A DNA stretch of 63,536 bases, the filler included, from Octopus bimaculoides (taxonomy: Eukaryota): the NCBI RefSeq assembly GCF_001194135.2. It is 4 parts of 4 records of this genome, joined end to end, with 100 filler letters (N's around TTAATTAATTAA, not from the genome) between each part and the next. Parts side by side here need not be neighbours in the genome. Positions count along the whole stretch, not along the records: positions 47,142 to 60,962 come from NC_068983.1; positions 61,063 to 63,536 come from NC_068982.1; 2 more parts are not named here. One strand, written 5' to 3'. Every line of letters begins with the position of its first letter. Positions within the stretch are counted from its first letter, which is position 1. Below the pieces are notes generated by a model, which ran no database searches, was not told the DNA's origin, and saw nothing but the letters and a program-made list of their open reading frames with translations. The position numbers and the translations under genes are program-made. Of this stretch, positions 49,558-63,536 are shown piece after piece.

Positions 49558-52107
49558 CGTGTGTGCGTGCGCGCCCCTGTGTGCTTTCCAACAACCAGGT
49601 TAGGATTAAATACGATTGAAGAATACGATTGAATACATCGCTGTTCTCTCGCATTAGAACAGCGCTAATTGAATAGATATATGACAGAAAGCTTTCTAAC
49701 ACTTACGAACCTTACATTCAATAATTTTATTTTCATTTTACAATGCATAATTTTGATAGTGGGTCGGTTTGTAATTCCTGCAACACAAGAGTTCGTATTG
49801 TGCTTTTCCCTTTAATCGGTTACTGTTTTCTTAATAAAGATAAATATGTATTCTGGTAATTCCAGTTTCTCCAATAATATAATATTGTTTTGTTTTCAGG
49901 GTTCCTACGAAATGTTTATTCAATATTTTGAAATCTAACATGCTATGGCATTTTCATGTTGTTTTGGTATCAGAGTATGCTAAAATTCTTCCTTGTAAAA
50001 AGGCCACTTGCACTCTATTTTATATTCATTTAGAAGGTGCGTCTTCAACGTATAATGTATGAATACTCTTATATTTACGGAGCAAAATATACTCCACTAT
50101 CTTCCATAGACGAATTCGTGACGGAGTTAGTAATTCACTTGTGTTCCAAGAATCTCAACGGCAGAAAAATATATTATTGTAATCATGAGACCTGCCAAAA
50201 ATCATAAACTTATAGGGAAGGGAAACACTGATATGTGAACTTAACAAATTGTCCTCTACTTCGACACGTTTTTTTAATGAAGAAACCTCTAAGAATATTA
50301 AAATATACAGGGCGGCTGAAATCAGGAAGCATAAAGTATGTTCTTCTAAAGGGCAGCGTTAAACAAAATCAGATTTAAAATTCCTGTCTGTGAGTGAAAA
50401 TAATCCGATCAGGCTTTTAATAAAATTGAATTTGGGTGATTATAAAATAATTCAATATTTATGTATTTAACATAAGAAATAGTGAGGATTACGCTTAAAT
50501 GCAGATTTGCACATAATGCATCATTCCATTAATTATTTGACCACATTTACGCACACACACACGCACACATACACTCACAAATAGACATATATAAATGTAT
50601 GAAATAACAACGATGGAACGAGCAGGATTTAACAAAAAATTACGTGTTATTTCTGTGCTATGCTGAATTAACTACTTTACCCAGCTATTATATAAGTATT
50701 ATATAAATAAATAGGACCCTGCAATAGCTGTGCATGCCCACGTCTTCAGGTGAGTGGATCTGAGAGCTCTGCAGAATTACGCTCAGTTACCCATTGTTTT
50801 ATACCTCTTTTCAATTTCTAGCATTCTCTTTGTACACATAGATTCAAATATATACAAGTCCTAAGAATACCAAGTAATATAATCGCATTAAAAATCAAAA
50901 ATATAAATCATTAGGTAAAAAGAACAAAATTAGTCAATGTACATAGAAATCAAATGTATAAATATGAATTAACGAAATCTAAAATTAGGGCTTTTTAATA
51001 GTAAACATCACTCTTTTTATGAAGATATATTAACGTTCTGGGATGTTAAACTATCTTCTTAACAAGAAAGGTTTTATACTATTAATAGTATGATATAATA
51101 AAATTGGATACTAACAATAGTTACCAATGTACAGAAACAATTTTTGCGGTCGCCATTAAAGCCTGTTCATTCCATCTTCTAACGGATTTTCGCGTGTATA
51201 TCTATTAAAAGGAGTAATCCTACTTATAATGGCATAGAGTAGCCGACGACTGTATAAGAGCTTTAACATTCACGCTATGGGGTTACTACCCAGATGATAT
51301 CATATATATATATATATATATATATATANNNNNNNNNNNNNNNNNNNNNNNNNNNNNNNNNNNNNNNNNNNNNNNNNNNNNNNNNNNNNNNNNNNNNNNN
51401 NNNNNNNNNNNNNNNNNNNNNNNNNNNNNNNNNNNNNNNNNNNNNNNNNNNNNNNNNNNNNNNNNNNNNNNNNNNNNNNNNNNNNNNNNNNNNNNNNNNN
51501 NNNNNNNNNNNNNNNNNNNNNNNNNNNNNNNNNNNNNNNNNNNNNNNNNNNNNNNNNNNNNNNNNNNNNNNNNNNNNNNNNNNNNNNNNNNNNNNNNNNN
51601 NNNNNNNNNNNNNNNNNNNNNNNNNNNNNNNNNNNNNNNNNNNNNNNNNNNNNNNNNNNNNNNNNNNNNNNNNNNNNNNNNNNNNNNNNNNNNNNNNNNN
51701 NNNNNNNNNNNNNNNNNNNNNNNNNNNNNNNNNNNNNNNNNNNNNNNNNNNNNNNNNNNNNNNNNNNNNNNNNNNNNNNNNNNNNNNNNNNNNNNNNNNN
51801 NNNNNNNNNNNNNNNNNNNNNNNNNNNNNNNNNNNNNNNNNNNNNNNNNNNNNNNNNNNNNNNNNNNNNNNNNNNNNNNNNNNNNNNNNNNNNNNNNNNN
51901 NNNNNNNNNNNNNNNNNNNNNNNNNNNNNNNNNNNNNNNNNNNNNNNNNNNNNNNNNNNNNNNNNNNNNNNNNNNNNNNNNNNNNNNNNNNNNNNNNNNN
52001 NNNNNNNNNNNNNNNNNNNNNNNNNNNNNNNNNNNNNNNNNNNNNNNNNNNNNNNNNNNNNNNNNNNNNNNNNNNNNNNNNNNNNNNNNNNNNNNNNNNN
52101 NNNNNNN

Positions 52108-52154
<47 letters not shown>

Positions 52155-52879
52155 ATCAATACAGTTTGATTCAAATTCCTCGATACTCTTGAGTTTCAGC
52201 CATTTAGAATTTGAATGACAGAAGTTAACCTTAAGGTGGGCTGTCATTGTTCGAGCAAAGTCACGCGCTGTGCTTGTTTGATGTTGGCATCGCTAACAGT
52301 TAGCTAGAAAATACCACATGGTTAAGAGGAAATCGACCGTGTAGTGGTCAGGAAATCTGTCTGGTTGTTGGAGGTGAAGTAGAAAGGGTCAGTATGTGCA
52401 AATATATTTTTGTATATGTGGGTGTGTTGATGCGCTCATATGCTTTTGCATGCATGTCTGCATTGATGCGAGACTGCACATCTGTACATAGGTGCGCACA
52501 CAGACTACCGCACGCGCACACAGACACACACAGATACATACACACATATGAACGAACGCGCGCACACACGCTTACAAGTACACACATGCACGCACACATA
52601 CACACATCCGCATTCATTTATACGTACATATGTATTTGTGCATGTATGCATGTAAGTATGCATATCAGTGTGCGCCTGCACAGGCATGCGCGTGAACGTG
52701 CGTACGCACGCGCATATGAATGAGTATACATGCGTATAACAAGCATTGGAGACTGGTAATTAGCAGTTCCGCTCATGGAGTTGGTTGATAGCGCTGATCT
52801 TGGTACAGGCAGTGCAGGGTAGCAGCTGGTACTAAGGTGGTATGTCCTGGTTGTCGGCAGTCACCGACCTGAAATTTGC

Positions 52880-54290
52880 AAGAAGGGTGACAGCAGTAAG
52901 GTAAATCATATTTCTTGTTGATGGATACTGCGGGTTGTTGGAAGATATACAGTTTTGCGCGGTGGAAGAGCTGGAAGTTGAGGTCACCGGGTGAATATGG
53001 TAGCACTCCATCGACAATAGTCCGCTTGAAGCTGGGAGTTTCGTCTCGGAGTTCACAGAGTCTCTAGACAAAAAGAGATAGGGAAGTAGAATACTCACTG
53101 TCTCTGGATCTGAACTAGTGCATGTGCTGGGAATAACTTCCTTTGAAGTCATTTGCTGTCATACACATATAGTGCTTAGTAATGTCATCGGATGGTCTAA
53201 GGGTGGCTCTGTATACCACGGCACTTCAGAGGCAGGATCCATTTAGAGGGCACATTGCAGGGTTTCGACAGTTGCAGGCTGGGGTTGTGTAGGTGCGGAT
53301 GCATTTTTACATCAGTTGATGCGAGGGATGTTAGATGCGATTTGTCGAAGTAGGATTAGCTTACCTTGACATTATGGGTTTGAAGAGTTTGTAATACTGT
53401 TGGTATCTGGCGAAGTGTTTCTTAATTGACGACAGGAGGTCCCTAGTTACGTTGGTCTAAAACGGTGTGATACCATCTAGTCTTTCGTTTTTAATGCTTT
53501 TGGGGTGAGGAGAGAGGATGTCTGGCTGTTTGCCACATAAATGAGCTTCTCAGTAACTACGCTCCAAGTCAAAACATCGTTATCATTACAACACGGGTCG
53601 GGCCTGTTAAATTTCTCTCTATTAGTCGAGCGATTAGATAGTCAAAGACCAGTGCCTGAACCAGGTTTATAATTACCGTGGAGGGGATGGAGCTCAGCTC
53701 TTCTGGGTGTATGCTATTTCCTCGTTAGGCTTACTGTACGGATAATACTTCCCCGCCTTCATGTCTAAGATTACGTCCCAAGAAATCGACCGTAGTTAGG
53801 TTGATGATAACCGTCATGAACAGGCCGAACGTCTTAAATATTTTCATGAAGTTCTTACCGAACGTCTACATAGTGTGGACTTCAGATAACCAGACATTCG
53901 TCCCTATAGAGTACTACATATATGGGTGGGTAGGTCTCTTGAGGGTATCCAAGATGTATAAACCGACAAGGTCGGCGTTTTAAGCCCCGTCAAAGATCCA
54001 CAAAGACACTTCGAACAATAGATCGCCTTCTTTCTTCATCCAGTAGGAAGCACCGTGGACCAAAATTGACTTTCTGGCATTCATGATAATTCTGATATCA
54101 AGATCACCAAGGCTGCTGTCCTACTCCGAAAACATTAGGGCTTCAGAAGGAGAGGTTTAGGTATGGAAGTGTAGAAGTCGACAATATCAAATATCGCGAA
54201 ACAAGCCGATCACGACTGACCCGGAGTTCCATTGAGTCAACCTCGTAGCCCTTCTGATATCGGAGTTGGTAGTATGATTGAAGACTAGCA
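52880..54290 (-). mobile_element. Degenerate Penelope-like element (RT plus GIY-YIG)
   Basis: Minus-strand fragments FDGA*NADLVGLYIL, LYRD, TVDFL..LD..GKYYPYSKPN (PLE RT), then CNCRNPAMCPLNGSCL..VVYRATL..Y...T.N.FK..Y (Cys linker plus GIY-YIG). Confidence 0.8.
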
Positions 54291-54472
54291 TTGCGCTTCA
54301 AACGCAACTGTACCAAGAAGTTGAATCAAACTCCTTTGGCAATATACGTAACTCCCAATAAATTTGTTGTGTGACCTTCTTTCGTTTGTCCAGTGATACT
54401 AGTAAGTACTGGCCGAAACCTATCAAAGTATCAAAAGTATCAAAGTATATATATGTGTGTGTGTGTGTGTAC

Positions 54473-54504
<32 letters not shown>

Positions 54505-55469
54505 TTGTGTGCGTGTGTCTGTGTGTGCCTGTGTCTCTGTCTGTGTGTGTATGTGTATATATATATATGCGTGTGTATATGTGTGTATATCTATGTATAT
54601 TTGTCTGTATATATGCATGTATATATAACCTTTTCATATTTGCTTTCTTTGCGATTTCAGTTTCATGACCTCTTGCTATTTGTTTCTTTCAATGCCCTTT
54701 TTCTGTTCTCACACTATGTTTATCATATCCCCCACTATATTGTGGAGGTATACATCAATCCAATAGATTAATACGATACAATATTTAACCCTTTTTATCG
54801 AATGCTTTATTTCTTATATATATTTATTAACTATGTTCGTGCACATTTTGTTTTTCATAATTTTTTTCTTTACATATACAAACAAAAAGAAACTTACTTT
54901 CATACAGTAGAAATATTATTATGAATAGTTTCTAAATTTTCCATATTATCTTCTCTAAATTTTTATGTATGACTCTTTCCAATGTTAAACATAACCATAG
55001 CAATAATTATAATTAATGTCCTATACTCTAAGTCGCTTAGGTTTTATGCCATGGCTTTTCTACACATCTGAAATCTTTATTATTATTGTAAGCTTATTTG
55101 ACTGATAGATTCCTATTTAAGCAGCGATTATACATTAATTATCATTCAAATTCATCATGTAATTTCCAATATAAACTGAAAGACCTACAACATAAACTTC
55201 TCGCCATAGAGTATAATCAACATCAATCTGATTGTGTCATTATTCCCTTTATCTCACTTCAGAGCAAAACAAGGTGATGAGGGTTACTTTTAAGGTTAGT
55301 AAGTTTGGAAAATTGAATTGACGAAAGATAGTTTTAAGAATCAAAAGGAGACAAAAATCTTACCGTGTCTGTATTGACAGAGTTGAATTTATCACATACA
55401 TTTAAAATACTATTGTTAGAGTTCACAAAGTCATGTTTGGAGTGCATGCATGATGCTCTATATACTGAC

Positions 55470-55792
55470 TCTCCGTTGGTTACGACGACGAGAGATCCAG
55501 TTGGTCCGATCAACGGAACAGCCTACGCGTGAAATTAACGTGTATGTAGCTGAGCATTCCACAGACACGTGTACACTTACCATAGTCCTCGGGGAGATTC
55601 AGCGTGACACAGAGTGTGACAAAGCTGGCTCTTTGAAATACAGATGGTACTCATTATTTCCAGCTGGGTGAACTTGATCAACATAAAATGTATTGCTCAA
55701 GGACAGAACGCGTTGCCGGGAATTAAACATTTAATCTTGCGACCGTGAGCCGAATACTCCTAACCTCCTAACCACTAAGCCACGTGCCTCCA
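55470..55792 (-). mobile_element. Diverged family-B SINE
   Basis: Shares gatcaacggaacagc..gtgaaattaacgtg..acagacacgtgtac..ttcagcgtgacacagagtgtgacaa with 13350-13740. Confidence 0.8.
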
Positions 55793-56399
55793 CTGTGTTC
55801 TATGCACAAAGCGTAAAATTAATAAACCTGATCAATTCAAGGTAGCATCTTGTGTTGAATTGCTTTTACAACATAAGTGTTATCGAAAAATTTTCAATCT
55901 CTTTGCATGCTAAATACAGAGATAATTTTTATTTATGGAATTTTTTTGAAATTGAATGATAATTTAGAAGCCCCAAAATTCTATATATAATCTATTGATA
56001 TATCGAGTTCACTTTCCGAAGCTGCCTTAAGCGTTGAAACCTCACTGCAAGTTAAGTGCTCTTCGTTTATATATCGTAGAAGATTGAGCACTATTTACCA
56101 AACGATTTATCTGAATTTCTGTTATTCCCAATATTAGCAGAACTCTAAACTGCGTGCAGTATTTCAGTATTCTATTCGTGTGAATTATTACAAATGTGAC
56201 ACAGTTCAGTTGTTTCTCTTGTACTATAAATATATCAGTTTCCACTGCCGTGTATCTCCCGTTATCAATTTCTCCATTTATGTCTTTTTTAAATATTAAT
56301 TTTTCCTTTATCATTATTTCTACCTTTCTATATAGTCACTTCTGCCCTCACCATATTGCTTTCTATCTCCATTCATTAATTGCTGTGAGAATGAAGTTT

Positions 56400-57350
56400 A
56401 CAGAAGAAAAGAAAATTGACAAACATAAGGCCCCTTTATTCTCAAAACTGGAAAATGTAACAGCAGCTTGTCTAATCAATCTTGTAGACCACTTAACATC
56501 ATAGATATTTTTTGCTGTTGTATTTTTCTGTTTTTATAACGTCAATTGCAGTGAATTATTTTTCTCTGTACTCTCAATATATTAATTCTATCGAAATATT
56601 TATTTTTCATTCCAGACCTTTATTACTCTACTTTTCCTTAATTTCTCTTATTTCCTTACCAATCCAATTATGAATTTTATTAGGAATCATAATATAATAC
56701 ACTTATATTTAACTCTTAAATGGGTATGTATCATTTGACATGACTACTCTTAAGTCCTCTATGTTATTTGAAGTCTAAATCACCGTGCTATCTGTTGTCA
56801 ACTAATGTGATCCCTCCATAATGAAAAGCCTGAAATTTTAATGTATTAAATTTCCTATTGTGTTTATCTGCCCATCAAAAATGGAGTTCGAGTAAACATC
56901 AATATTTTTGTATCATCAGCTTCACTAGTTAGGTTGGGCAAGAGCACTTGTGAGATAATACCTAATAGAATGAGGATGAATAATAATAATCCTAAAACTT
57001 ATTACAGGTGACTTATCAGAGTGAAAAACATTTGTAGAAATAGATTGATTTCTTCCCCTGCAAGAGGTCAGAGCTATTCTCCGAGTTATCCTATGATATT
57101 GAGATCCGTTAACCTATTCCATGATTAATCTTGTCAAACGCTTTAGCAAGATCTAGGACAATATGCATGCAGTCAGTGATCATTCCCCTCAATAGATTAA
57201 TGAGGACAGTGTTATGGTGCTGTAATAGTTGTGACAGGCAACTTAATCCAGTTCAAACACTATGTTGTGTATCATTTAAGAGGTTGTTTTTTTCCTCAAG
57301 GCACGAAATTCATTTTCTTCTTCTTTGGATAATAGTTCTGTAATTTTTAG
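56400..57350 (-). mobile_element. Highly degenerate CR1/L2-like LINE RT
   Basis: Minus-strand LDLAKAFDKINH (about 57160-57125) and ADDTKI (about 56920-56905). Confidence 0.55.
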
Positions 57351-57654
57351 CTTCTGCCCTGCTACATAATATGTGTATAGTTGTTATTACTTTTTTTTCC
57401 CAGTAGTTCTGGAATATGTCCATATCTAGCAGCTTTTGAAATAGCCACTTTCAATGCTTTGGTGACGTTGCTTTTCCACCTTTTTAACAAAATATATTTG
57501 TGTGTGTGTGTGTGTGCCGCAATCGATCGATTGATAAAATTGGAGTATGACCGAACTCAAATGCTTATATGAAGCAGCAGTAAGCCTATAGGAAATACAA
57601 GTGTATGTAACCCATTATTGTTGTATATTTGATATATATATATATATATATAAC

Positions 57655-58045
57655 TTAACAGAATGAGATAAAAAATGCAAGGCTGTGAATAGTTTTCAGA
57701 ACATTTATAAAGAGATCTTACAGCTGTTTCCGGGATATTTTATATATCCCAACATCAGAGGTAGTGCGAGAAAATGTTTAAGTAATAGTTATTATAGAGA
57801 AGATATGAAATGCAGAGTGAAGTGGAAGAATGAAAATATCCTTACATATTTCAAGCCTGTTGTCATTCTTCCACTTCACTCTGTATTTCATATCTTCTCT
57901 ATAATAACTATTCCTTAAACATTTTCTCGAACCGTCACTGATGATAATATATATGAAATATCCCAGAAACAGCTGTAAGACCATCTCAATATAAATGTTC
58001 TGAAAACTATTCACAGCCTTGAATTTTTTTATCTCATTCTGTTAA
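57655..58045. mobile_element. About 390-bp fold-back MITE
   Basis: The whole element is an imperfect palindrome (ttaacagaatgagataaaaaa... / ...ttttttatctcattctgttaa) centred near 57845; its two ORFs are reverse-complement twins. Confidence 0.85.
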
Positions 58046-58201
58046 TTATTTTATATATGCTTGTTAATACATGACCTACGTTGGACTCCTCATTCGTATC
58101 ATTATCGAACGTGAAGATTAACTATAGGCTGTCCAAAGTACTTACTCAGCATTACCTGATATCTTTGCGTTTTCTTGACATCAATACCTCTCATAACCTC
58201 G

Positions 58202-58262
<61 letters not shown>

Positions 58263-58361
58263 TGTGTGTGTATGTGTGTATATGTATACATATATATATA
58301 TATATATACGGAGAGAGAGAAAGAGAGACAGAAAGAAAGATAGACAGAGAGTCAGACAGAT

Positions 58362-58399
<38 letters not shown>

Positions 58400-58542
58400 G
58401 CAGACAGACAGGCAGACAGACAGACAGACAGAGAGACAGACAGATAGATAGATAGATAGATAGATAGATAAATAGATAGACAGACAGGCAGACAAACTCT
58501 CTTTACATGTTGTACATACATCTCTACAGATGCCCCCATATT

Positions 58543-58610
<68 letters not shown>

Positions 58611-60650
58611 TATGTATATTGATATACATGCATCATCTCGCAAACACTATACGTTCATGAACACAACTATTTTAAGAATTAGGTACAATAATCTCATTAA
58701 TTTTTGAGAGAGTTAATTTCATCATTACTTTCAAAAATTTTGAAGCTTCCGCGAAATCAATCATCACCAAGTCCTTTGTCCCCTCTTTCGATATATTGAA
58801 ATGTAGGTGTATCATGTCTAAACTTTTCATTTTTTTTTTCATACCCCAATGCATTGCTAATGCTATTCCCAAGGCACGATTACGAGAATATTAAATCTAC
58901 TCACCTTTTCCATAATTAGATATTGTGTTCTGTTGAAAGACGTAACAGTTTTTACTTTTCTATTATTATATCCTAATTCCAAGTATTTTATGCATGAATC
59001 GAACTACGTTGATGTATTTTGAAATAAGAAAGTTTCGCCGGTGTGATTCTTAGATTTTGATTTTTGCTAAGCAAAGCAAGTGAATTATATAACCCACAAG
59101 CACGTAATCTTTGATAGGATGCTAATTACTTTTCTTGTAAGAATCGCCCGTGTAAATTGATCATTTGCCGGTTCCATAGTTTTCCTCGGCATAAATTGAC
59201 GAAATATAACCCATCACAATAACACTCTTACCGTTGGTTAGTATTAGTAGGTGTTAAGTTTGAAAGTTGGCAGAGTGAAGGGTAAAACACAGCTTCAGTT
59301 AAGGTACGACAGGCGTACTTATAGGGATACTGTCTCACAAACTGCGTTTAACACCAGAGAGGTAATTTGTCATAAATTGTTGCATACTGTGTTTATGTAG
59401 AAGTAATATTCGAAGCACAAATTTAAGACAAAAATGTAGTCGTTTCCATTTCCTAAGCATGAAAGACTTACAAAGAAAAAGGGTATATAATGTTTTCACA
59501 TATATAGAAAGAAGTGTAACAACTAACCTTTTTAAACATAGTCAAGCGTTGTATCTTTTCATCCATATTTCCCTGTTGGTCGTTAAACATTATTTAACAT
59601 ACAACGATTATAAATATATAGAATGCGTTTACTTGATCAAAATGACATCAATATACGAGTGAAACACATTTATCCAGAAATAAGAAAACTAAACATTAAT
59701 CAAGCAGGGTTATAGGAAAAAAGTTCTCTAAATTGCAAGTCTACCATATCTATTTCTCCAATGCTCATATTTTGCCATTTTAATATTCATGCTTCTTGCT
59801 TGCTCGATTAGAGAAAAAATGATCTTGTAAGAAATTCGGTTTATAGCGAAAAACTACTAAATTAGATGCCAACAGCAATTTAGTGTAGTGTTCTTTTATT
59901 TGTATCAATTCAACTATTTCTTTTATCAGTAAAATTAATTTAATTTCCTATGAAATTGAGATATTAATGAGTTTTCAGGAATATCTTTATACATACGTGA
60001 TGACCTGCCCAGAACAAACTTAGAATTCAATTAACAATAAATTACGTAAATGAGTTTTTTTAGAGAATTTGTTAATTTTTCATAACAGCATATACAGCAG
60101 TTTTTAGTGAATTGAACTCTGTTTAATAAATTGGTGCAACATATTTCATGAAGAAAAGAGAAGGTGAACGACAATGTCACTGAGCGCAATTAAAATTTTA
60201 TCGTTGTTACACGGACATTGACGATGCATATCCTGTATGCAAGGCTCTAATAACCCAACTAACAACTAGGACAACTTGGATATTACGAGATATACTTGCC
60301 TCGACATAAGATATAAATAAATGATACAAACAACTTACAAAATATTTTCAAACAAATTTTTGAGTTTGGTAAGATAAAGAAAATGTAGAAGTGATATTTA
60401 TTTTCGTTTCTTTCATTTTAATAATCTGAAGCCGCATCCTGGAGCAATAATTTAATGTGAAGCCTTCGCAAGAAAAATTTTTCAGTTTTGATAATTTACA
60501 CTGAAAGGTTTTAGTTTTCTAAATGCAAAAAGAAAAGCAAGAAAATATAATTTTGTCATTTATGATGTTTGAAAGACAAAAAATGCAAGCGGATAAACCA
60601 CAGAAATTTTAAATGGTGGATGCCAAAAGCATCTATTTGCAAATATTCAG

Positions 60651-60695
<45 letters not shown>

Positions 60696-60928
60696 ATACA
60701 CACACACATACACACACACACACACACAAGCAGGCGTGCACACACAAACACAAACACATATATACATGCAAAGATGCTTAATACTGTATGCGTATGCGCA
60801 CATACCTGCGCTTATCAAATTGTATATTCTGTATATGTATGTTTTCACACCAGTATAAATATGTGTACGGGCACATGCACGAGGAGATACTTTGAAGCAA
60901 TATTTGCACTTGATATTTGGAATATGTA

Positions 60929-60962
<34 letters not shown>

Positions 60963-62624
60963 NNNNNNNNNNNNNNNNNNNNNNNNNNNNNNNNNNNNNN
61001 NNNNNNTTAATTAATTAANNNNNNNNNNNNNNNNNNNNNNNNNNNNNNNNNNNNNNNNNNNNACTGAAATAGTGGAATAGTTTCAGTGTTAAAGTGAAAG
61101 TATCTGACATTACAGTAGAGTGATGTTATTGTTTCACTTTTGACACGTAATACTGAAATAGTGGAGGAGATATGATACTGCTGTGGGCTCGAACTATGCA
61201 AGAAGTTAAAATTTATCTTGGCTTAAGACACTACATGGACCCTAAGTAAGGCATGTGTTAATTTGGAATTGTTGGGAATGTTTTTAACTTGGGTCTAATA
61301 TGTATTGTTTGAATTTCTTTGAAATAGGAAATATATGTATGTTCACTGGATTTGTAAAAGAGAGCAAAACTACAGGAAACCAAAAGACGAATGATCACGA
61401 TAATCAGTCAGCTACCCTAGCCTAATGGTTACTACTCCCCAATGTAGGATTCCTCCCCGTACAGGTGACAGACACAGCTGTAAGATGCATTACGGATGTA
61501 TAGAAATTGGAAGGACATGACCCAGTTGAAATAACAACGTGTGACGTTTGAAGTAAAGGGAAATGAAAGTATTGCCTCTGGAGTTTGCAAATAACCACTA
61601 TACCGGTAGGTAACTGGGCAGAAAAAAATTACAATCAATAAATGTCTTAGAACAACCAGTCACTGATCTGGGAAGGCCTTGAAATCAATGTTACCAACTG
61701 GGGACTATGTATGACCCAGTGATAATAAAAAGACTCAAAGAAGGTCTGCAACGAAATAATTTTACTCAACACTTTGCAAGTGAATCAGTGGAGGCAAAGA
61801 TGCGTGTCATTTATTTGACAATTTATGCACCACATTGCAGAAATCACAATGTAACTATATGTGAAAGGATAGTCTTACACTGTTGTACTGTTGAATTAGA
61901 AATAATGCTCATCTGTTATGTTCGGGTGAGTCTATAGCTTCCCATAGTACAACTGTATTCGTCTTTGCTTAGGAAAAATGACTAAATTGTGGGTGTGAAG
62001 TCCCCATGAAGGGGTCTTTGTAACTTCTAAGAAGAAATTTTAGAAATATTACTTTATTTGTGTGTAATATGTATGGTTAAAATTTCATCAACATCAAAAA
62101 TATACGAATCTTCATGTGGGTTATGGCCGTTATGCATGAAATATAATTTCCAAATTTCATAAAGATCCATTCAGTACTTTTGATGTAGTTTTGGATAAAA
62201 AAAAACAAAAAACAAATGACTTATATGTGCGTTTGTGTGCATGTGTATGTGTGTGTGTATGGGTGTATATATGTATAGATNNNNNNNNNNNNNNNNNNNN
62301 NNNNNNNNNNNNNNNNNNNNNNNNNNNNNNNNNNNNNNNNNNNNNNNNNNNNNNNNNNNNNNNNNNNNNNNNNNNNNNNNTTTGCTTTAATTGATGACAT
62401 TAGTGCAGCATTTGTTTTATATCCACTGTAACTGACATGAAATTTAGACAGTTTTATCTAAATTTTCAAAATTGCGTAGAACACAAATGTGTTCAACTCC
62501 TTTTACGTATATCTAGCTCTAGCGTCTGCTGGAGTCAAGGTAGAACATTTGTGCTGATGACTTCTGTTGAGCAGAAGCACGTACCCGCAGCTGTTCTCTT
62601 GCTTCAAGCCAATCAAAGTGTCAA

Positions 62625-62925
62625 TCATCATCATCATCAAGTTCCCTTAACTGGTGCAACCAATCCTTGGATGTTACTCAGCCATCACTGCTGGTCTCTG
62701 TTTTCTGTCATGCGTAGCAGGGTTATGGTGTTGTGACCTGTCCATTTCTTGATGTCAGATCAGGACTTTCTCGGTCTGCCCCTCTTTTTACCTCCCTCAA
62801 CTGTGCTCTGAAGGATGGTTTTGGACAGGGAGTTGTGGCGGGATATGTGACCATATCAGATAAGCTTTCTGGAATCTTCCATATCAGCTGTAAGAGGCCA
62901 GCTGTCACCTACATACGAAAGGATC
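62625..62925 (-). mobile_element. RTE-type LINE 3' end
   Basis: Minus-strand translation resembles ..YGHISRHNSLSKTILQ.TVEGGKKRGRPRKS; (TGA)n tail at about 62625-62640. Confidence 0.8.
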
Positions 62926-63381
62926 AAAGTCATCAGGGACTTGTACACTTTGCGTTTCGTCAGAAAACAAATGAAGTTGCTTTTCCACTTGTTTAACTTC
63001 CATATGCCGTCCAATGACTGGTGTATATAGAAATCATGTAAGAATTATTTGATGTGTTACAGCGATGTACACGTGAAGTAAAGTAAATTACGAATTAAAA
63101 ACAGGCATTTATAGATCAGATATTCAATCTGCCTTCAGTTCGAGCCAAATGCGTGGTGTTGATAAGCCACAGTAATGGTGAAATATTGGTATCACCACTC
63201 TTGGTTCGATCCAAGGCGTGACAATTCGCCTCATTTATGACTTTCAGGTGTTTTAACACCCAGCGTTATTAGGGAGTTTTCCTTAAACGCTGTCCTGCAG
63301 CAAATACGGCGAATAAACAAAATACATCTGTGTATGTGAGATCAATAATGCTTACATTACTAGAGCTGCTTTAAATCCGTA

Positions 63382-63426
<45 letters not shown>

Positions 63427-63536
63427 GTATAGTTTTAGGGAAAATAACCAATTTTCAAGAACTCATCGATGAAAATCCACTATCACATATAGAAAAATTA
63501 ATAATTAAAAGCACAATAAATGAGGCTCAATTTAAT

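Noticed and set aside
50715-50755. Possible small Cys-rich exon (PCNSCACPRLQ) ending at a strong cag|gtgagt donor
   Set aside because: The acceptor lacks a polypyrimidine tract, no partner exons were found and no family was recognised.
8012-52247. Long ORFs made mostly of X
   Set aside because: Artefacts of N gaps.
56042-56504. Overlapping 90-102-aa ORFs on both strands
   Set aside because: AT-rich with no recognisable motif or splice support, and adjacent to a decayed LINE.

Overview
Repeat-rich animal genomic scaffold with many N gaps. The SINE families, microsatellite load and gene content suggest an octopod cephalopod (inference). The spliced genes were read directly from splice sites and reading-frame phases. 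(1) Two divergent paralogues each carry three chitin-binding (CBM14/peritrophin-A-like) domains: a minus-strand terminal exon at 1302-1816, and a plus-strand gene with at least four phase-compatible exons at 3312-6185 whose glycosylated N-terminal region I cannot assign to a family. (2) DCTN2 (dynamitin), minus strand, 10145-23615; ten exons found, two probably hidden in gaps. (3) PYM1/wibg, plus strand, exons 1-2 at 25838-28759, head-to-head with DCTN2. (4) A DNAI2-like axonemal dynein intermediate chain, minus strand, three internal exons at 32859-41501. PYM1 and DNAI2 both lack their 3' exons, and an artificial TTAATTAATTAA scaffold linker lies between them. The rest is transposon debris: RLE-type LINE, Gypsy, Penelope-like, RTE, CR1-like, LINE ORF1, mariner/Tc1, hAT, Helitron, MITEs, fold-backs and several SINE families. 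I found no recognisable gene after about 47 kb. The best leads are the chitin-binding gene pair, a nine-copy inverted SINE array beside a DNAI2 exon, and a fold-back element with a palindromic telomere-repeat core.
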